A DNA stretch of 64,000 nucleotides from Myxococcota bacterium (GTDB taxonomy: Bacteria > Myxococcota > B64-G9). The DNA is taken from NCBI GenBank assembly GCA_035453905.1, contig DAOTDZ010000014.1, positions 150,452 through 214,451 of the forward strand, read 5' to 3'. Below the pieces are notes generated by a model that was not told the DNA's origin, did no database searches, and saw nothing but the letters and a program-made list of their open reading frames with translations. Within the stretch, counting starts at the first letter, position 1. The number at the start of each line of letters is the position of its first letter. Below, piece after piece: positions 9,123-17,363 of this stretch. Both the position numbers and the translations under genes were made by a program.

Positions 9123-10676
9123 ATGGGGATCACGCGGTTCGCAACCCGCTCTCGTCCGGTCCGCGCGACCCTCGGACTGGCCCTGTGCCTGGGGGCCGTC
9201 CTCGCCTGCCCGGGCTGCGTCGACTACCAGGGGACCGTCCCCTGCGAGTCCGACTCCGACTGCGGCAGGGCGCAGGTCTGCGACCTGACCCAGGGGATCT
9301 GCCGTCCCATGTCCTGCATCCAGGCCTGCCAGGACCGCGAGTGCGGGCCCGACGGCTGCGGCGGGAGCTGCGGCGCCTGCGCCGCGGGGGAGACCTGCAG
9401 CCAGGGCGGACAGTGCCTCGGCGCATGCTCGCCCGACTGCTCGGCCCGCGAGTGCGGGCCCGACGGCTGCGGCGGGAGCTGCGGCACCTGCCCGGCAGGA
9501 GAAGCTTGCACCCCTGTGGGCGTGTGCGGCGGCGACTACCCCTGCTGCGAAACCCGGGAGTGCGGGCCGGATCCGTGCATGGGTGTGTCGTGCGGCGCCT
9601 GCCTGCCGGGCGAGACATGCACCCCAGCGGGCATGTGCGAGGGCGAAGCCCCCTGCTGCGGAAACCGGGAGTGCGGGCCGGATCCGTGCGCGGGTGTTTC
9701 GTGCGGTGAATGCATGGCGGGCATGCCATGCACCCCATCTGGCATTTGCATGGGCGATGCCCCCTGCTGCGAAAACCGGGAGTGCGGGCCGGATCCGTGC
9801 CTGGGACTGTCCTGCGGCACCTGCGGGATGGACGAGTGGTGCGACGCGAACGGCCGGTGCCAGGGCGTCTGCACCCCCGACTGCACCGGCCGCCAGTGCG
9901 GGGACGACGGCTGCGGCGGGAGCTGCGGCACCTGCGCGTACGATGAATGGTGCAACGACCTCGGCATCTGCGTCTGGGAATGCCAGCCCGACTGCACCGG
10001 CAAGGAGTGCGGGCCCGACGGCTGCGGCGGGAGCTGCGGCACCTGCGCCCCGATGCAGGTGTGCGACGCGACCGCCCGGTGCGTGCTCCCGGGCAACCAG
10101 CAGGCCGGCGAGCCCTGCGACTTCGACACGGTGAACGTGGGCGCCGGGGAGTGCATGACCGGCCTGGTCTGCCTGGGTGTCCTTCCGGACCCCACCATAG
10201 GGGCCTGCACCACCGACGGCGACTGCGTCAGTTTCCTGGACCCCCTCTGGAACCCGGACTGCGTGGGCGGCTACTGCGGCGCCTCCTTCTGCTCGCCGGA
10301 GTGCGAGAACGGCGCCTGCGACCCTGGCTTCCAGCCGCAGTACATCAGCGGCCTGTGCATGTGCATCCCTTACTGGCAGGACCCTGACCCGGGCCTGCCC
10401 GGCGACCCCTGCGCGTGGGACCAGGTGAACTCCGAGGCGGGCAACTGCGAGGCCAGCCTGCTCTGCCTGGGTATCCCCCCGGACCCGCTCGAGACGCCCT
10501 GTCCCGCGGGGGACGGGGACTGTCTGGCTTTCTACGCGGCCGCCTGGAACCCCGACTGCGTGGACGGCGGCTGCGGCGTGTCCTTCTGCTCGGAATCGTG
10601 CACCAACGGCGGCTGCATTACTGGCTTCGAGCCGATCGACATTTCGGGCGACTGCTACTGCGTCCCCCTCCCGTAG
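9123..10676 (+). CDS. Cys-rich repeat lipoprotein, shorter paralog of 5128..7896 (no PD40 propeller)
   Basis: Start MGITRFATRS is an internal ATG of read-through track ORF 7923..10676. Its 5' leader and RBS are near-identical to those of 5128. Same CGPDGCGGSCG repeats. Confidence 0.8.
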   Translation: MGITRFATRSRPVRATLGLALCLGAVLACPGCVDYQGTVPCESDSDCGRAQVCDLTQGICRPMSCIQACQDRECGPDGCGGSCGACAAGETCSQGGQCLGACSPDCSARECGPDGCGGSCGTCPAGEACTPVGVCGGDYPCCETRECGPDPCMGVSCGACLPGETCTPAGMCEGEAPCCGNRECGPDPCAGVSCGECMAGMPCTPSGICMGDAPCCENRECGPDPCLGLSCGTCGMDEWCDANGRCQGVCTPDCTGRQCGDDGCGGSCGTCAYDEWCNDLGICVWECQPDCTGKECGPDGCGGSCGTCAPMQVCDATARCVLPGNQQAGEPCDFDTVNVGAGECMTGLVCLGVLPDPTIGACTTDGDCVSFLDPLWNPDCVGGYCGASFCSPECENGACDPGFQPQYISGLCMCIPYWQDPDPGLPGDPCAWDQVNSEAGNCEASLLCLGIPPDPLETPCPAGDGDCLAFYAAAWNPDCVDGGCGVSFCSESCTNGGCITGFEPIDISGDCYCVPLP

Positions 10677-10692
10677 CCGTCCCCTGCAGGCA

Positions 10693-10742
10693 GGACGTTG
10701 GCATACCCTGCGTGTGCGAATCTCTCAGGGCAGCCTTCGAGG
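10693..10742 (+). repeat. REP-like intergenic element, family 1 copy
   Basis: Near-identical to the copy at 4946..5000. Confidence 0.6.
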
Positions 10743-10821
10743 GGTTTGCCGATACCCGACCCACGATCTATCGAGGAACCCGGCTACCCGCGGCCACCCG
10801 CGGCACTCGGGTGGCACCTGC

Positions 10822-10866
10822 GAAGGCCTCTTCTTCGCGGCGTCATGCGGAAGATCCGGTCCCACG
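10822..10866 (+). repeat. Intergenic repeat, family 2 (GAAGGCCTCTTCTTC(G/C)CGGCGTCATGCGGAAGATCCGGTCCC); second copy at 14137..14180
   Basis: Roughly 44-nt near-identical sequences in two different intergenic regions. Confidence 0.55.
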
Positions 10867-10968
10867 AGAGGTACCGGCTGCCTGAAGATGTGCAGATTGC
10901 GCTGCGGGTCTGAACGCGCGAAAATTGTCCAGGGGAGAGCATCGTCCCTGTGAGAATGGAGGTTACCC

Positions 10969-11706
10969 ATGCCAGCGATCCGTGGGGCCTTGGCGATGGG
11001 GCTCGCCCTCTCTTTGCTCTCATTCTCCGGCTGCGGTTAGGGTGCTTCCCTCTCGGAGATTCGCATCGAGCTCCAGGACCACGGCAGCGCCTCCTGCCTG
11101 GGCGCGGCCCACCTGATGATCCGCGCCCAGAACTCCCACGACACCCTGGAGCAACACGAGTACGGCAAGTTCTTCCAGACGAACCCCCTGGCCTGCGCGG
11201 GCGGCACGATCCTGGTCTCGGGCCTCGAACCAGACCACGAGTTCCGGGTCTCGGTCAGCCTGTGGGACTCGACCACCGACATGGATGGCCTGCTGGCCGA
11301 GGGCTCGACCTCCGCCTTCGAGCTCGAGCCGGGCGCCTCCCTACCCATCGCGGTAGACCTGTCGCGCACCGACGCTCGTCCGGGCACGATCAGCTTCGCG
11401 TCCCCGCCGGCCGACTGGTCCCAGGCCGCCGCGGCAGAGGCGTTTCGCTTCACCATCACCGCGGACGGGGAGACCGTGCCGCAGCGCTCTGGCCACCTCG
11501 ACGTCCAGCCCGAGCGCCTCACGGATCCGTTCCCGCTGATCATCTCCGACCTGCCCTTGACAGCCGAGCTTACCGAGTACCACGTGGTGGTGGAGGCACT
11601 GGGCAGGAGCACGCAGGGTCTCGACCCGCCCGTGCTCCACTCCTGGACCGCCACCGCTTTCCTGGGCGGCCCGGCGGTCAACCCTGGAGATTCGATCCTC
11701 AAGTAG
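10969..11706 (+). pseudogene. Lipoprotein gene interrupted by an in-frame TAG two codons after the lipobox Cys (MPAIRGALAMGLALSLLSFSGCG*GASLSEIRIELQDH...); remaining frame 11041..11706 is GC3-rich and open
   Basis: ATG at 10969 has GGAGG with a 6-nt spacer. There is no start-like codon with an RBS after the TAG until the track M at 11116. Coding statistics continue on both sides of the TAG. Confidence 0.5.
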
Positions 11707-11846
11707 GAGAGGGCCCAGCCCGCGAGTGCCAGCCGCCTGCTATCGCCGCGCTACCATCCGAAGTACAATGAGGGAGCCAGACGGCAGGCGAACGAGAGGG
11801 CGTGCGTGGAGGTCGGGATCCTGGAGATGCGGAGGAGGCGAATTTG

Positions 11847-12512
11847 GTGAGGGCTACAGTCTTGGCTCTTGTGATTCTTCTGGCCACGGGCTGTGCCGAG
11901 CAGGTTGCGGGCGTCGATGGTGGCACAAATGGAAACGGCTACTGTTCTTATCGGCTTGCCATCGATGAACTGCTACTATTTTCGGACTATGTAGCTCTTG
12001 GCAGACCGGTAGAAGCAAGGAAAGTGCTTTTCGAGGCGTTAGCTACTGCAGTTATCCCGCCTGAGGACTTCTTTTTTTGCACTATCTTCAGTGTGGCAAC
12101 CATTGACACGCTCAACGTGGCTGTAAGACAAGACGACAATGAAGAGGCAACACCGCCTTGGGGCGATGAATTGGCGACCTACCATGATGAATGCATGCGA
12201 ATTGCAGAATTTGAAAGAGGAACACAAAATCTACTTGCATATCCGACCGCACTCTTTTTTGCGCAGAACAACATATACCTGAATCGGCCATATCTTATTG
12301 AGATGCTGGAGGTCGTGGACTCGAAGGTAAAAGTTGGACCCTCGAATACCAGATGCGGTGTAGCGCTGGAAATCGAGGTGACTGAGCTGTTCGATGCCGT
12401 TGCGGTGGGCGACTTTTCTGCGCTGTTGGAGGCCGATACGTATCCTTGTCGGCAGAATGATGGTGCGGCCATTGATGACCCTGACGGCTCCGATGGATCC
12501 GAAGGGAAGTAG
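11847..12512 (+). CDS. Hypothetical lipoprotein, low-GC (foreign composition)
   Basis: GTG start with GGAGGAGG 8 nt upstream. MRATVLALVILLATGC has a lipobox. GC is clearly lower than the flanking DNA. Confidence 0.6.
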   Translation: MRATVLALVILLATGCAEQVAGVDGGTNGNGYCSYRLAIDELLLFSDYVALGRPVEARKVLFEALATAVIPPEDFFFCTIFSVATIDTLNVAVRQDDNEEATPPWGDELATYHDECMRIAEFERGTQNLLAYPTALFFAQNNIYLNRPYLIEMLEVVDSKVKVGPSNTRCGVALEIEVTELFDAVAVGDFSALLEADTYPCRQNDGAAIDDPDGSDGSEGK

Positions 12513-12613
12513 AGAGACATCCCCCGCCGAAAGGACCCCCGCAGGCAGGTGCCAGCCACACTAGATGGGCATCCGGGAATCGGGGCTGAATGACGAGATT
12601 GGAGTTCGAGGTC

Positions 12614-13528
12614 ATGAAATCGATCATCCATGCTGGGTGGTATGCGGCGCTTGCGATACCCTTGCTGATGGTTGGCGCAGAATCCTGTACTGGAGGAGCA
12701 GGTCAAGGGCGCTACTCTGGCGGCATGGGAGGGGCGAAGATCGTGGGGAGAGGATTGGAGTTCGATTGCCCTGAGTATCAATATGGCGACTGGGAGAACC
12801 CCCAGAAATTCTATCTATTTCCGAGAATCATAAAGAGTGGCGAGAGAGTAAAAATCTATCTGGCAGTGGAAGATGATGTGTTGATTAGAGAAAAGAATGC
12901 GAATGGAGAAGCAGAATTTTCTGTAGAAGTACTGCATGAGAAGGCATCACTCACCAGGGTGGGCTTTGCTGATGACCTGGGCAGCTTGGCGGGAACCATG
13001 TATTGGGCCCCGGTATTTCTGGGAACGGTTGATGTGGAGACCGATGTGCAGGGGTGGGTGGATGTGAACTATTTCAATGGGAAACAGGTGATAGGTACCA
13101 GGAGCATTCTGGTGACAGATGGCACCAAGGAGGAGTCTTCCTGGACATCAAAGGTGGTCTGTCGACTCGATTGTGGAAAATCTGTGCAGTTGGACCACGT
13201 CCTTGTCTACGTCGACCGCACCCCTGTCGAGTATTTCACCAAGATCGTGGCAGCCACGGGTGGCACCCTCGGCAGGATAGTATCTGTTGGATTCGGACAA
13301 GAGCCGTATGGGAATTGCTATCCTAGTTGCTATTTTCCATACCAGGGCGTTGCGTTGGACATCATTTTGCCTGAAGCGGGATTTCACACCGCCTGTGGAG
13401 CGCTAGATTCAGTGGAGAAGTTGGGAATTCCTGGAGTGAAGGTCGCAATGCCTACTAAAGAATTCGGCACTGTCGATTTGAACCCGCAATGCAGAACGAT
13501 GGAGTTTCCCGTTGGCGACTGCCACTAG
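12614..13528 (+). CDS. Hypothetical secreted protein, low-GC
   Basis: ATG with GGAG upstream. N-terminal hydrophobic signal segment (MKSIIHAGWYAALAIPLLMVGA). Low GC and AT-rich codons. Confidence 0.55.
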   Translation: MKSIIHAGWYAALAIPLLMVGAESCTGGAGQGRYSGGMGGAKIVGRGLEFDCPEYQYGDWENPQKFYLFPRIIKSGERVKIYLAVEDDVLIREKNANGEAEFSVEVLHEKASLTRVGFADDLGSLAGTMYWAPVFLGTVDVETDVQGWVDVNYFNGKQVIGTRSILVTDGTKEESSWTSKVVCRLDCGKSVQLDHVLVYVDRTPVEYFTKIVAATGGTLGRIVSVGFGQEPYGNCYPSCYFPYQGVALDIILPEAGFHTACGALDSVEKLGIPGVKVAMPTKEFGTVDLNPQCRTMEFPVGDCH

Positions 13529-13573
13529 TGGGCTGAGGAGAGAGGGCTGGCGCGGGGCGGCGGAGCAGGCAGC

Positions 13574-13918
13574 TCAGTGCAGGCGCGCGGGTGGCTCCTC
13601 CGCCTTGACCGCGTTCAGGTCCGCCTTGAGCTCGGAGATGTCGGCCTTGACGATGACCATGTCCGCCTTGAGGCCCGCCACGTCGGTCTTCAGCACGGAC
13701 ACGTCGGTCTTCAGCACGGACACGTCCTGCTTGAGGACCCGCACGTCGCCTGCCAGGTCGAGCACCGCGACCTCGAGCCGATCGAAGCGCGCGTCCTGCT
13801 GGTCGAAGCGCCTGTCGTGCCGGGCGAGGTGCTCGCCGTTCATCTGCACGCCTTCGGCCACGGCCTGGATGGAGGACTGGATGTTCTCCAGGAGAATGGC
13901 GACCTGATCCTGTTCCAT
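13574..13918 (-). CDS. Small coiled-coil repeat protein (DUF1640 / XhlA-like heptad repeats DVxVLKxD)
   Basis: Start MEQDQVAIL has GGAGG upstream. Repeats DVRVLKQDVSVLKTDVSVLKTDVAGLKADMVIVKADISELKAD. The DNA contains a perfect 21-bp tandem duplication. Confidence 0.5.
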   Translation of the reverse strand: MEQDQVAILLENIQSSIQAVAEGVQMNGEHLARHDRRFDQQDARFDRLEVAVLDLAGDVRVLKQDVSVLKTDVSVLKTDVAGLKADMVIVKADISELKADLNAVKAEEPPARLH

Positions 13919-14207
13919 GGCGCCTCCAGGGTAGCGGGCCTCGCGGGTGGAATCAACCCTCGCGTGCCCTCCCACGGACGGCGTTCCCGAGCAAGAACAA
14001 TGCTACGATGCTGGATCCACGAATCCGGGGGGTTACGTTGCCAGGCGGCCCTCGGCGCTGCGCGGGTGACCGGATTTCCCGGACACCGTGACCGGAAATC
14101 GGACACACGCGCCAGGTGCCAGCCACCCGGAGCCCGGCGAAGGCCTCTTCTTCCCGGCGTCATGCGGAAGATCCGGTCCCTTCCTGAGGTGCCACCCACC
14201 TGCAGCC

Positions 14208-14256
14208 GGGGCGTTGGCAGGCCGTCCGTGCGTGGATCGCCCAGGGCATTTCATGG
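14208..14256 (+). repeat. REP-like intergenic element, family 1 copy (diverged)
   Basis: GGCGTTGGCAGGCCGTCCGTGCGTGGATCGCCCAGGGCATTTCAT. Confidence 0.5.
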
Positions 14257-14391
14257 AGGCGAAGGACAGGCGGGAAGGGCAGGGGGCGAGGTGCCAGGCA
14301 GGTTCCAGCCCCCCTCCGGCCGGAACTTCAGGCCTCCGTGGTCCCGTCGCGCCACGCGCCGTCTCGTTTCATGGCGGATAACAATCACGAG

Positions 14392-15006
14392 CTAGTCAAT
14401 GAAAAAGCACATTCTGCGCCCTCCCTGGACTGGGATGCAGGGAAGGCCGTAGGTCGCGTTTCCTGGATACTTGCAATCATCGCAGTCTGATTGGTCTTCG
14501 CAAAGGTGCGAACAGAATGCTTGTGGGTTTTGTGGGTCACCATCGCAAAAAAGACCTTCTCCACAGGCTGACTGCTGTTGGTCAGTACAGGGTGTGCCAC
14601 AGGTGCCTTCTCGTGAACCACATTCTGCCCCGAGAGCTATCTTCTCGCAGAACGACGGTTCACCAAGTTGGCTGACGCAGCACATAGGACTTCCGTCATC
14701 TAGTATGTCCAAGCAGTCAGAATCGGCATCACATGGAATGGTACAAAGACCCATGGAGGGCCCAAAGAGGCCATACTTGCAGAATTGTGATTCACAGTCT
14801 TCGTTTTTGGCGCATAAGTCGCCAATACCCGCAGCGTTTCCATCGTTGCCGTCTTGACCATCCATCCCAGAATCAGGAGGCGATTCCAGATCGCTGCATC
14901 CAAGGAACAGCCATTGAATGGCAACTATTGAGACAAGCAGAGAGACTCTTCGAACTACAATATAGGGTTCGAGGAAGGTCGATCTGCTGAGACTCTTGAA
15001 CCCCAT
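14392..15006 (-). CDS. Cys-rich secreted lipoprotein, low-GC
   Basis: MGFKSLSRSTFLEPYIVVRRVSLLVSIVAIQWLFLGC has a lipobox. Many CxxxxC pairs. Low GC. Confidence 0.55.
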   Translation of the reverse strand: MGFKSLSRSTFLEPYIVVRRVSLLVSIVAIQWLFLGCSDLESPPDSGMDGQDGNDGNAAGIGDLCAKNEDCESQFCKYGLFGPSMGLCTIPCDADSDCLDILDDGSPMCCVSQLGEPSFCEKIALGAECGSREGTCGTPCTDQQQSACGEGLFCDGDPQNPQAFCSHLCEDQSDCDDCKYPGNATYGLPCIPVQGGRRMCFFID

Positions 15007-15067
15007 GGCTACCTCGCCCACGCGCCAGGTGCCAGCCACCCGGAGCCGGGCTCCTCGAGGCTCGCGC

Positions 15068-15697
15068 CTAGCGCGGCTTCCGGCGCAGCAGCCCCAGCCC
15101 GATCACCAGCCCCAGCACCAGCCCGCCGCCCTGGCCCGCGGTGGAGTCGGAGCAGTCCTCCGTGTCGTCGCAGGTGTGCCAGTAGCCCGCCTCGATGGTG
15201 TGAAAATGGCAGGACTGGTCGAGCGCCTGCGCGAGGACGAACTCCACCGGGGCGGAGTAGAGGTCGCAATCCACCTCCGTCCCGTCCACCCTGAAGCTCG
15301 CCAGGAGGCAACCGTCACTCTTGCTGATCACGAAGACCCCGCGCTCGCCCACGGCCAGGGGAGTGCAGCGGTTGCACCCGGATTCGCACGGCGTCCCTGC
15401 ACCCCAGGAGAACTCCACCGGGAAGTCCACGGCCGGGCACTCGAGCCCGCCATCGCAGTAGATCGGCGTCTGGAGGAGGCTGATGCTCAGCCCGTCCGTC
15501 TGGACCGCCGTCACCTCGGCCTGGGCCACCATGGAATTCTCCTGCCATTCGAAGCAGCAGGGCGCGCCGGGGCACATCGCGGCCGCGCTGGAGGGAAGGA
15601 CGACCAGCAGCAGCGCGGACAGGAGCCCGGCCAGCGCGACACCCTCGGCCGCGCGCGCCGCGCGGCAGACCCCTCGAGGAAATCCCTTCTCCCGCAT
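15068..15697 (-). CDS. Secreted Cys-containing protein with C-terminal MYXO-CTERM-type sorting tail (…DCSDSTAGQGGGLVLGLVIGLGLLRRKPR)
   Basis: Start MREKGF has GGAGG with an 8-nt spacer. Signal peptide. C-terminal Cys, Gly-rich stretch, TM helix, then RRK, as in the MYXO-CTERM domain. Confidence 0.6.
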   Translation of the reverse strand: MREKGFPRGVCRAARAAEGVALAGLLSALLLVVLPSSAAAMCPGAPCCFEWQENSMVAQAEVTAVQTDGLSISLLQTPIYCDGGLECPAVDFPVEFSWGAGTPCESGCNRCTPLAVGERGVFVISKSDGCLLASFRVDGTEVDCDLYSAPVEFVLAQALDQSCHFHTIEAGYWHTCDDTEDCSDSTAGQGGGLVLGLVIGLGLLRRKPR

Positions 15698-15925
15698 GTC
15701 CCCGACCTCCGTGAAGATGATTCCCGACCAGGGGAGGCTACCAGATAGAACGCCTGAAACCAAGGGGCGCGCCCGACCCGCAGGCGCCAGCCGTCGCGGG
15801 GGCGGACCCATGCGTCCGCCCCTGTGGGACTCCGGACCGATTCTCTGTAGGGGCAGACCCAACTTTCTGCCCCGGCGGCTGCACCAGCAGGCAGGGTTTC
15901 GGGAGGGCGCAGGGCACAGTCACGG

Positions 15926-16288
15926 TCAGGGCGTCCGCGGGCCCAGCACGTGGGGGAGCTGACGGTAGGTGATCGGGTCGAGCAGCAGGAGCGCGCGGAA
16001 GACCCGCCGGTGCGGCTCGGGCGATGCGGGGTGTGGCTCCAGGAAGAGCGCGGCGAGGAGATCGCGCCAGCGCAGCAGCTCGCGCCGCAGGCCGGGCCGC
16101 GGCTGGACCTCCACGGTGAGATCGGTGAGCGCGAGCGCGCGCTCGTAGCACGCGCGGAGCCGCTCGCCGCCGTCCTGGGCCAGGGCCCGCGAGGCCCGGT
16201 GGAGCTCGTTGCCGATCATCAGCAGCTGCTCGCCGAGACTGAACTCGGCCCAGCGCGCGGGCGACAGGCCTGCGTGCTGTCCCGCCAT
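15926..16288 (-). CDS. Hypothetical protein, translationally coupled to the upstream gene (ATG overlaps its TGA)
   Basis: MAGQHAGLSPARWAEFSLGEQLLMIGNELHRA... The N-terminal part of track ORF 15926..16798 is an Arg-rich artifact. The ATGA overlap fixes the start at 16288. Confidence 0.5.
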   Translation of the reverse strand: MAGQHAGLSPARWAEFSLGEQLLMIGNELHRASRALAQDGGERLRACYERALALTDLTVEVQPRPGLRRELLRWRDLLAALFLEPHPASPEPHRRVFRALLLLDPITYRQLPHVLGPRTP

Positions 16289-16656
16289 CAGAGGTCCTCC
16301 CCCTGGCCGATCAGGGCGAAGGTGATCTCCCGGATCGCGGCCCGGATGGCGGGATCCGTGATCTCCATGGAGGGGTTGCCGCGGCTGGGGCGGATGTTGA
16401 TGAGCGCGGTGTGCTCGAGGCAGCCGTCGGGCCCCTGACCCGGGTAGTAGTTCGCGCCCCACAGGTCCGCCTGCTGGCTGCCGTCCTCGAGCAGCAGCTT
16501 TTCGGCGTCGGCGTGCAGCTCGCCGCCCACGGCCACCACCCGGCGGCGGACGTCGACCACCAGCTTGACCATGTCGCCGAAGTAGAGCCGCGTGAGGCGC
16601 GCGAGCTCGCTCCGGGCGATCGGCTGCGTGACGATCAGGATGCTGTCGGCCACCAC
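16288..16656 (-). CDS. Conserved hypothetical protein (about 120 aa)
   Basis: GTG start with GGGAGG upstream. GC3-rich coding with a balanced amino-acid composition. Confidence 0.55.
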   Translation of the reverse strand: MVADSILIVTQPIARSELARLTRLYFGDMVKLVVDVRRRVVAVGGELHADAEKLLLEDGSQQADLWGANYYPGQGPDGCLEHTALINIRPSRGNPSMEITDPAIRAAIREITFALIGQGEDL

Positions 16657-16839
16657 GACCTCCCGAGAGCTGCCGACAGGCTCGCACCGCGGTGGCGAAG
16701 ATGCAAGCAGGGAGGTCGACGGCGGGTTGCCGCCCCGGTCCGCAGCCGGGGCCTCGTGGGTGAGGGGCTGCCGCCCATGTGCGGGGCGGAAGGGTCACGG
16801 CCCTTGCCCGGGAGCGGGCAGCCCGGGTAAGCTCCCCCC

Positions 16840-17205
16840 ATGCTGCGCGAGATCCAGCCCGTGGCCCAGGCGCCGGGCGAGCCCACCAGGCGCTGGTTCC
16901 AGGACGAGGAGTTCGACCTCTTCGTCTGGCAGGACGACCAGGGGCGGATCGTCCGCCTCCAGCTCGCCTACGACCGGCGCCGGTTCGAGCGCCTGCTCAC
17001 CTGGGACGAGGGCCGGGGCTACTCCCACGGCGGGGTGGACGACGGCGAGCGCGGGCCGCTCACCCCCAAGGCCAGCCCCGTGCTGGTGGCCGACGGCCAG
17101 TTCGACGCCGCCCGCATCGCCGCCCGCTTCCGGGCCGCCGCCGGGGACCTCGAGCCCGGCCTGGCCGGGTTCGTCGAGGAGCGCCTGCGGCGAGCGCCGA
17201 TCTGA
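16840..17205 (+). CDS. Hypothetical protein, divergent from 16656
   Basis: Clean ORF with GC3-rich codons. RBS is weak. Confidence 0.45.
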   Translation: MLREIQPVAQAPGEPTRRWFQDEEFDLFVWQDDQGRIVRLQLAYDRRRFERLLTWDEGRGYSHGGVDDGERGPLTPKASPVLVADGQFDAARIAARFRAAAGDLEPGLAGFVEERLRRAPI

Positions 17206-17363
17206 TTCCCCCGTGCTCCCGCCCGGTTGACGCTCGAACCCCAGCGTGATTTGCTCGCCCCTGACAGCCAGCGCAGCCCGCGCCGCGTGGTCGGGAGCGG
17301 GGATCTTCCGCGCGCCTGGCGCGTCTTGAGGCCTGGCGGCCTGCCGCCGAGGGAGGGTCCGAC

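Noticed and set aside
7923-10676. 917-aa ORF suggesting one giant gene spanning the hydrolase region
   Set aside because: It is a read-through frame. The N-terminal 400 aa are Arg-rich nonsense overlapping the alpha/beta-hydrolase gene in another frame. The real Cys-rich gene starts at the internal ATG at 9123, which has a duplicated RBS and leader.
5128-10676. Possible CRISPR array suggested by short periodic DNA repeats
   Set aside because: The periodicity comes from in-frame protein-coding Cys repeats (CGPDGCGGSCG). There are no spacer-like unique segments, and no leader or cas genes.
11038-11040. Pyrrolysine (or other programmed recoding) at the in-frame TAG codons
   Set aside because: No pyl genes or methylamine methyltransferase context are present, and the affected genes are ordinary secreted Cys-rich proteins. 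Pseudogenisation or a sequence error is more parsimonious. The recurring context is still reported as a finding.
7921-12560. Integron attC sites / gene cassettes as explanation for the post-stop AGGTGCCAGCC motif
   Set aside because: No GTTRRRY/RYYYAAC core pair or extended imperfect palindrome is apparent, and no intI integrase lies in the window. Kept only as a loose analogy.
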